NCBI GenBank assembly: GCA_002633005.1
Contig: NMRA01000072.1
Location: forward strand, 454,952-518,951
DNA: 64,000 bases
Direction: 5' to 3'
From: Phoronis australis
Taxonomy: Eukaryota > Animalia > Phoronida
The notes under the pieces are model-generated. The model did not search any database. It saw only the letters and a program-made list of their open reading frames with translations, and had not been told where the DNA came from. Shown one piece after another: positions 55,148 to 64,000 of this stretch (position 1 is its first letter; every line of letters starts with the position of its first letter). Both the position numbers and the translations under genes were made by a program.

Positions 55148-57757
55148 TTACTGTTCACTCTTATTTTTGTCAAGTATTGCGACAAGTTCATTGTCCTTGT
55201 CAGCATCGTGCAGTTGCGAATGTCTCATTAGAGGATACAAACAAATTGTGAGTACGAGCGAGGCCATAATGCAACCACACATAAAATACATCAAAATCAT
55301 TGGACCTATTGTTACGAACATGAGGGGCAGTATAGTCGGAAATATCAGAGCACTGAACGCTTCTCCTACCATAGGCACAGCCATTATTAACGGATCTTCA
55401 CCTATATACTTCAGAGACGTGCTCAAAAAACACGGAATAATGGGACCAAATACAAACCCAAAGTACACATCAAAGATCCAGAGGAAAATCTTGCTTTTGT
55501 CGGCCCACAGGCACACAGGAATAAATATAAGTCCCAGACCAACAAGGCTCGTGACGATGATTTGAAAGGAAGTCAGTAGTTTTGAAAGCCAACAGGCTGC
55601 GTTTAACCTTCCGAGGCACATACCACAGTAGAAAACTGGCACCATGTAAATTGCTTCGGCTTTCGGAATACCTACTGTAGGGTCAAGGCAAAAGATAGTT
55701 ATAAAGTCCATGTGCAATTCCATGGTACCACACAAAGCAGTACAGTTGAAAAACAATATCACGGTCATTGTAATAACTCGTACGCTAGAAAATATAGCTT
55801 TCAAATTTCCTTTTCCGTCATGCTGGCTTGGTGCGATATTTACAGTATTCGCAGATATGCATTTCCCCAAAATGTATACAACAAAGAAGCCTACAAACAC
55901 CAAAAAACAGAGAACGCTTAAAATTGCGTAACCGTATTGTACGTGTGACTCGGTCCATTCGTCGGAACTTTGACGTGAGCAGTTTCCCAAACACGTCATG
56001 ACGTCAGAAGTGTTATTCAGTTGAGATGTGCTGTTCCATACGCCCTCCTTTGTTAATTCCTTTGACAGAAAGGGTTGAATTATTGGTGGTCCAAAGATAG
56101 GGCCTAAAGCTTTGAAAGCGAGATGTACTTGTATGCCTTGTTCTCGGTACTTCTCTCCACAGAGTTCGATAAAAGTAGCCAACAGTGCTGAAATGATAAT
56201 TGGTATCGTAAATGCAAGGTTTTGTAAAAGTTCACTGTATTTAAGCACAAAGGTAGTTTTATATTAAAGGGATAGAGCCTGTTTTACAGCCGCAAATACT
56301 CTTTGGAGATGATTGACGATTGGGATAAACTTTTAGGAATTACTAGCTTTGAACAAAGCTATGAAACAACAAAATGTTTTGTATTGTGCTTTTGTGATTT
56401 TATTTACGTACAAATCGCTAATTTTCGCCGTTGTTAGCCAAACAGTCGCCGAAACCAAGTCAGGTGAATCTACCGGTGAAGTACTCTTTAAATAGTCACC
56501 CTTTTATCTAGCAGGATTTAATCCCCAATCCGCCAACATAGCGATTGGCTCCGACCGCGGGGATTTCAAGTTCGATTCAGCGCCGAGACTTCTCTCAGAA
56601 AATCAGCTTTCACTGATAATTTCCCTTTAAACTGTTACGTCAGATGTAGAAATAATTTTTGCCGTTCCATACAAGAACATATTACTTAAAAATACTTTCG
56701 TGAAGCTATTACCAATCGTCATGAAATCAACAAACACACAGTATCAAATCCATGTAAGGAGCCTGTATAAGTCTTGAATGCAGTAACATCGCCGCTTCAA
56801 CTGATTTTGTCAAAATGTAATAAAACCTTCCAAGTCGTCGCAAACTAGTATTTATCTGCAAACAGCAGTCAACTGCTAGTTACTGTTTCACTGTCATCAC
56901 ATCACTCACACAGAGAATTCTTCTTGTTTGTTTACTCAAAGTGACAAAATAGAAGGAAAGTGAATTTTGAATAATTCGTATTTCAACATAAAATCAGACA
57001 ACAGGGTTTGTCCAAAAACAACTAAAGCAGCAAAAGCCCGATTTCCGTGAAGGAAACTAAATTCTGGTTTAGACTACTTGTCGCTATAAATTGGTCTCAG
57101 CTTGTTCACCTTGACGAGAAGTAATTTTACGTCTTACATGCTACTGACAGCTCGTAATTCCTCAATGCCATGCTCGGCGAATAAAATGACACGCCGTGAC
57201 AAGCCACCAAGTAGGGCCTGGTCTCAGTAGCAAACTGCTATGTTCTCTCCAATTGACTAAGCAGCAAATTGAGACTAAATTCATAATGGTAAACGGTGTA
57301 AATCGTTTTTCTCAGTTTGTGACTGAAGGTGGGTTCATAACCGCTTTAGTGGACCATACTTTCGTTGGAACATGCATTGATAATCACTTACCAACAGAAA
57401 TCATCCCAGAACTGATACCTTGTAAAGCAATCATAACCGCCATGAACAGAAAGATGGATGACACCGGAACTAAAGCTGTTGATACTGATAACCCAAGCAT
57501 AGCAAAAGCGGCGGTAAGTACTTTTCCGTGTCTCAAGCAATATCTCACAGATGTAGCTCCAAAAACAAAACCCAAGTTAAATGGGAGAAAAACATTTCCT
57601 GCATCAGACGTTGTGCTGTTTGTCACTTGTAGAAGGTCTGCCAAAGTGGTGCCAATTGTCGTGTACGTCATATTCTGTAAATAAACAATGGTACTTCATT
57701 TACTGAAGTCTAGGAATGGAAGCGTAGTTTTGGTGCTGCCAACTCTGGTGGGTATTT

Positions 57758-57812
<55 letters not shown>

Positions 57813-60800
57813 NNNNNNNNNNNNNNNNNNNNNNNNNNNNNNNNNNNNNNNNNNNNNNNNNNNNNNNNNNNNNNNNNNNNNNNNNNNNNNNNNNNNNNNN
57901 NNNNNNNNNNNNNNNNNNNNNNNNNNNNNNNNNNNNNNNNNNNNNNNNNNNNNNNNNNNNNNNNNNNNNNNNNNNNNNNNNTCTCCCTCCCCTTCTACAT
58001 CTCCCTTTCCCCCTCCGTCTCTCTATTACAATATGGGAGGTAAAATGTCAGCAGTTTAGAACCATTTAAAAAACCTACTCACGATACTTTCCCCATACAA
58101 ATCCAAATGCAAAATTTCAAAAATCCTGTACTTGAAGACAATTTTAATATATTCTGCTTGAAAATAAATTTCAAGTTTTTACACAACCAACTTTCACAGT
58201 ACTTTCAAGACGATTTCATTTGCTATCACAACCGACAACAGACCAATTAGAAATCCTCGTTCACTGGATTTCTTAGGAAGCTTTAACGATCATTAGCAGT
58301 GACAGTGTGGGTAGTTCTTGGTAGAGGGTGCCAGGTGAGAAAACGCGCCAGGTGAGGAAAAGAACACATCTGCAGTGATTCAATTTAAACTTGCCTTTTT
58401 TGGTTGAACATAATTCACGGACTTGTTAAATCCTATATCCCGTACAGATGCGCCCGTCTAAAATAACTCTATTGACCATCCAATGTTCTTCAGCGCTGCA
58501 GTTTTACCGACGCAAATTTGAAGCCGAACACTGAAGAGCCTCTCTTATTTATGTGCGTACCGCGTGTACGCTTGCATTATCTGGGATTCCGGGCAGGATT
58601 CAACCTCCGAACTTAGTCTTGCATTCGAGATCTCCGTCTTCTCAAAATCATTTTCATTGTATTATAGACAAGTTGCCCTCTACACCAAAAAGGGAGAGCG
58701 TAGCAGGAACGGCATCCAGAACAGAAAATCGAGGGTTAAAGGCGAAGGCAACATTTTTTCATGTCATTTTTAGCAAAAATGAGGTTCGTTGATTATCCCA
58801 GACATATTTTTCACTTATTTACTGCTTTTCGTAATTTAATTAATTACTCGTCGTCTACTCCGGAAGTGAAGTTTTGGGAGGCAAGAATTTCGCGCCAATT
58901 TCTTTTCACATAGTCTGACTGTGAGAGCAGTCGAGTCAGTCATTGTTCTACCTCGGTTGTGATAAGTTCGGTCGTCGTTTGCTTTTGCTTACGAGTCAGT
59001 CAACATGCCACGCTGTTGCTGCGTACTGGGGTGTACTCGTCGTCTCACGTACAGAGGAAGAACTGTCCCCGGCCACTTGCCGGAGTGTCCCGCGACACAC
59101 TCCCACTGGAGGGTGATCTGAGCACCCAAACTGCTTAGATCCCGCCGTGTGACTCCCTCGCCACACACCTGGCACCTTTTAAATAGCTCCAATACAAGTC
59201 CACAATAAACTTATCAATAAACTTACGCTCACCAATCTGTTCATTGGATGACGAACTGTCCTCTTCATTGGGTGTTGAACTGGGCCTGTATTCACTCCCA
59301 CTACTCAACATCGCTGCAGGGCTGCTTACAGGCTCTGGGCTAGAGACAACACAACAGGGCGAATCATTGCTAGTTCCCGGAATTGCACGCAATAGGGGTA
59401 CGGTCGGAGGCACGGGTGACAGTCGATGAAGTGCCTCAAGTCACTGTATATAGTGGCCACAGCTCGCGAGGTTTCTCGCTTCAAAAACGCACTTCTCGGG
59501 GTTGGCGACGGGGCACTGCCGAGAATCAACAGCGACGGTATGGTACCCTTCTTCAGGCGTTGTTTCGCAGGGACCTTCATCAATTCAGCGTACATATCTC
59601 TGTCGTAATCTGACGGAAGAAAATGCTTGCCACACACTTGGTAACCCTCCATTGCTTTGTACGTTGCGTGGACGGGTAGCGCTGCGTTCTTCACATGAAC
59701 GAGCTCAGTAGCCAAGTACGGCGAAATGTGTCATCCTTCGGAAAGCGACGCAAAGTACCCAAAGCGCGTGTGAGACGATAATGAGTACATCCCGGCACGC
59801 AGCAACAGCGTGGCATGTTGACTGACTTGTAAACAAAAGCAAACGACGACCGAACTTATCAAAACCGAGGTAGAACAATGAGTGACTCGACAGCCCTCAC
59901 AGTCAGACTATAATGAAACTCTTGCCTCCCAAAACGTCACTTCCGGAGTAGAGGACGAGAAATTAATCAAATTACGAAAAGCTGTAATTAAATGAAAAAT
60001 GTGTCTGAGATGATCGACGAACCTTATTTTTGCTAAAAGTGACATGAAAAAAGGTTGCCTTCGCCTTTAAGGAGTGCTGTAAACACCTTGTTTTTATAGA
60101 GGGGGTGTGGAAGAAACGCTTGTTGGGAGCAGTCACGCTGTTTTTGTCCAATTATCTTTTTCTGGAAAACAGGAGAATTTCTTCTGGCTGGTACATCTCT
60201 GTTTTCAAAATCTTGCCTTTTCGGAACTAGAAATATATTAATTTGCCTTGACCGACGAGGTTAAGTGGAGTTTACGCTTTAAAGGGAGGACGAGATGTCT
60301 CAGTGTCCTGGTACAAAGGCTCAACGTTATTGTTCCCTATGAAGACGTTATTGGATGCATCTCCATGTGCACTCATATTTACCGTTTCACATGTTTCATC
60401 TTTGAGTATACAGGTATCAGTTTCGCTTGTGAATGCTGATTCGATTCTATACCGGGTCGCACGTACGTCACTGACGCTTAGACATCATTTGACGTGCAGG
60501 TAACCCTTTGCCACCTTGTCCTATATTTCATCAACTTGCAATTCGGGCAAAATGATTGGAGCACTTACAGTTTCAAACTGGGACTGAGATGATTCAAGGA
60601 ATACAGTTGACTGCAAGTTTGTCACTGATGATTCCAGCAATATTTGATGGTGCAAATACATCAAATGACTTGCTGGCACCGTGAGATTTGTCCTCGATAC
60701 GGTTTGATGCATCCGATATATCAAAAGGTCAATAGCTTCCAATCCTAGATTAGATGGACCGGCTTCTGTTTTGGTATAGCTCCTTTTGAGGATTTTTTCA

Positions 60801-62758
60801 TAAGAGACCTTAGCTGTTCTCAGAACCAGAGAGTTTTTTTGACATGTTTTCCGGTCATTGTGACTAAAATTTTGACATATGAAGAAGCAGATCGAAACAT
60901 TTGCCTGATTCCAGCCAAGATGACACAACTTTTGACCTGCTGCATACCGAAGTATAATTGTTTTCCATCACTGTTTTTCACATTTAATCTATCTCTTGTG
61001 TTCTCGCTTGAAAAATTATTCGTGAAATTCAAACTATATGTGTTCCATCAGGTGTGTTTTCTGTAGTTCAAGTATGAGAATTTCTCTTGACATGGAACAA
61101 ACCGTAGACATCCAAAAATCACGTCTATGAAACAAACCTTGGCAGACGTAAACTACTGTAACACTGAGGCAAACTCGTTCTATACGATATTATATCTAAA
61201 TCCTGACAGTAGCTAATGTTCTGACCTAAGCTTTTGATTTTTCGACCTCGTACTGGCAGTTCAAGGTCCTGTCTAGAACCAACAAAGCACTAGGCATGAA
61301 CGACTACGACGACGCGTTGTTTTAGTTGTTCTGAGATGGATTAGCGCGTGGGAAACACAAACAGATTCTTTTTGTGTTTCCCAGGCGCTATTTGTCGCAA
61401 GAGAACTAAAACAACACGCCCTGTCGTGAAAGAGGAACAAGGAAAAACATTGATACCGGTACACGGACAACACAACGAAAGTGACAATTTTATACATGCA
61501 TAGTTTGTGGTTTGGCGCTCCCAAACTGCGAATTTGGCGCCCCTGCAATACCATTTTAGGAGTGCCTATGCCCCCGCTCCCAATACCACACAACCACTGT
61601 TTACATTTTGCAATTACAATCCTATCCCACTCAAGACTCCATTTCAAAAACAATCACTGCAACACATGGTTTATGATTTCAAATTCCTAGAATCATCACA
61701 ACTATTGGACTTTCAGGATATCAAAAGAACAAAATTTCAAATGACTCAAGCTGTTTCTCGTGCAACCATGTCCACCATGAATAACCATAATTATACAATT
61801 TGCGCTATTACATAGAAACATTACTCATTTATATGCACACATAAACGCACGCACTCGCGCGCACGCACACACATATATAGGCGCCTAAAAATCCCCAGTT
61901 GTCTTTTTTGTACAGAGAAAATATTACGGGTAGCTGAATTTTTAGTCCACAAATTTATCGAGGTGGTTATAATCATCTGTCCCACAGAACAAAGTACAAG
62001 TACGCCAAATCAAATGTTCAAGCATTATCTAGAGTGTTGCGCTACATCAGTACAATCGATTTTAAAGCATAACTCCGAATTTTCTGTATTAATTAGTGTA
62101 TAACAATACTAGCATAAGCAAATTTGCAGAAGTTGGTGTAAAGTCAAAGTCAAAGGCTAACTCAAAATTAAACAAGACGTATGTGACATATTTGAAGAAC
62201 AAATTGATCGTGACGATGGGACAATATTGCTTAAGCCCGTATTAAATAATTTAAAATCTCACCTCGTCACATGGAAAATTAATTTCACCATTAATTTTGA
62301 ATTCAGAAGGATAACTTGTCAAGAAAATTGTATTTCACAATTTTTTTATCTCCTTCCAGATGTTTTTCAAAGAGCCAAGATAGGTCTGAAATTGCTTCTT
62401 GTCATTGTCATAACTCTTTGTTACATGCTTAAAATACTCTGGCATTTATCGAGTGGGATTTAACTCCGCCAAAAGATCGATTGACTGTCTTCGCAAGGGA
62501 TCCAGAACCAATTTCGCGCCGAGGCCGATTTCAGAAACTTAGTCTCTCCAAAGCCCAGGCACGGTATAATACAAAGAATAGGTCTCCTGCTGTTTGAAAC
62601 GCGTTTATCCCTTTACTTCAAAATGACAAACTTACCCTTATTGCGATGCCAAAAAGACACAGTAACATGGTGAACACTTGTAATCTACTCCACCCACGTA
62701 GGTTTTTCGCATTGTCAGGTTCCGATGAAGATGATGTTCTTTTGTCAGAACTTTCCAT
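55148..62758 (-). CDS. Major facilitator superfamily transporter, MFSD4/sodium-dependent glucose transporter 1 (NAGLT1)-like, ~481 aa; exons 62758-62636, 57674-57392, 56187-55148
   Basis: About 12 hydrophobic segments; family-like motifs IGTTLADL, QGISSGMI, IQVHLAFKALGPIFGPPIIQPFL, CLGRL, GPIIP; exon phases 0 and 1 compatible; a 169-N gap lies in intron 1. Confidence 0.85.
57760..57981. other. (CT)n microsatellite running into an assembly gap (N 57813-57981)
   Basis: Seen directly. Confidence 0.95.
58740..60066 (-). mobile_element. Kolobok-type DNA transposon derivative with ~300-bp inverted repeats, in MFS intron 1
   Basis: TTAA on both sides (58736-58739, 60067-60070), termini AGGCGAAGGCAAC...GTTGCCTTCGCCT, THAP and Cys/His remnants inside. 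Confidence 0.8.
59070..59816 (-). pseudogene. Truncated, frameshifted THAP-domain transposase N-terminus
   Basis: MPRCCCVPGC...RRFPKD...RRTW, frameshift, VCGKHFLPSDY...RLKKGTIPSL (C2CH THAP); then ERKFI...ELFKRCQVCG...GAQITLQWECVAGHSGKW; no DDE core. Confidence 0.8.
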
Positions 62759-63335
62759 CCTTGGCGCTTGTAATAGACTAGGACTGTAATGAAAAGGACT
62801 GTTTATGAGCCCAAAACAGCCTATGTCAAAAAGGTAGTCCAAATACCCCCAAATTTTTGGTCCTGTTCACTTATTGAAAACAATAAAATTGAATAAAGTT
62901 CGAAAAAATTGGGGTTTTTAAGGTAGCACTGAACAGTTATGGTGCAGCCACGGGCATTTTGTAGTCCCTAGAAAATAAGTAAAAGGGATATATGTCAGGT
63001 TTAGTGGCTGCTTTGGGTAGTGCGTTGAAAATAATTTCCCAAAGGAAAATGATTTGCTTGTGCTTTTGAACTCGTCCTGAATGAGAAAAACCAAGTTGTG
63101 GCGGCCGTGACCTACTCTTGACGCAAAATGGGGACTGCAGTTTGTTTTCAACCCCAGTCGCCTGCTGTCTGAGAAACCGGGTGCGATTTCAGGTGGCTGT
63201 CAAGTCAAATCAAGTCAAGTCATTTTATTTATTGTCGGTTAAGTGAAACAAGTGGAAAAAAACATTAGCCATAGATTAGTACGCCGAGAAATACATACAG
63301 AAGTTATAAAATAAATAAATAAATGAATATAAATA

Positions 63336-63336
63336 A

Positions 63337-63371
<35 letters not shown>

Positions 63372-63412
63372 TATACATATGCATATACATACACATATAT
63401 ATATATATATAT
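63336..63412. repeat. (TA)n/(CA)n compound microsatellite
   Basis: Seen directly. Confidence 0.9.
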
Positions 63413-64000
63413 AGATCCGGGGCATTTTTATGTNGGGACTGATGAGCTCTAGCTCGTCCTAAGTCGGGATTGCGAGTTTCCATGTTGGCGTTTAGTACTG
63501 AGCGTTCTGTTTCAAAATGCCTTCTCAACCTAACCAACTGAAACAAAGTCTGTCTCATTAGATGCAATTTGTAATGCCTTTGGAGTGTTTGTGAGTGCAA
63601 ATGATTTGAGAAGCCAGTAATGAATAAATAACTGCGTTACCGGCTTTAAAGGTACAATAAAGTAGTTGACGGGACACCGAGGCCGTGCGAGCTCATGCTA
63701 ATTTAGTGTTTGCTGGCAGAAACTGTTGTGGAACAACTCGATTTCCATCCCACGGCTAGATGTTAGGGGAATCTTTATTTTCGTTTACATTACTCAAATA
63801 ACGATTGTCAACTTCTGCCCAGACTGTGCTGTGGCCAAAGCGGAACCCGAGTGAATTCGCGGACCCCGACGAGTAAGTAGATTTGCAGTTTCGTGGCTAA
63901 TTCACCAACATAATCACGTGCACGCTCACTAATATAGTATTGTCTTGACTTGAAGTTTAGTTTCCACTGAACTTTTGCTGGTTTATGTTCGTAATGTCTG

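Noticed and set aside
55071-57684. Plus-strand ORFs 55071-55565 and 57196-57684
   Set aside because: Antisense shadows of the MFS transporter exons
57688-58059. 123-aa ORF with SL repeats
   Set aside because: Artefact of the (CT)n tract and the N gap

Overview
Intron-rich, AT-rich eukaryotic genomic DNA from an animal, probably a marine invertebrate (lophotrochozoan-like repeats; species not determinable). It is a draft assembly with single-N joins and one 169-N gap. Five spliced protein-coding genes were reconstructed by hand from GT-AG sites and reading phase: the 3' end of SNRPB/SmB (+, to 1217); an HPGD/15-PGDH-like SDR (-, 24328 to 5459); a GPR143/OA1 orthologue (+, 30424-38373); a secreted chymotrypsin-type serine protease (-, 49102-42462); and an MFSD4/NAGLT1-like MFS transporter (-, 62758-55148). 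Introns and spacers hold a decayed Sola3 transposon, a fold-back Kolobok derivative, several MITE families, Helentron-like repeats, tRNA-derived SINE heads and a 22-bp minisatellite. Most notable: (1) the HPGD-like gene has two homologous, in-phase, intact last exons, one ending in a PTS1-like -SNL; (2) the protease carries a beta-defensin-type six-cysteine module on its own phase 1-1 exon; (3) the Kolobok element's ~300-bp inverted repeats each contain the transposase start. Two tandem duplications joined at an N look like uncollapsed haplotypes. Family assignments come from motif recognition, not database searches.
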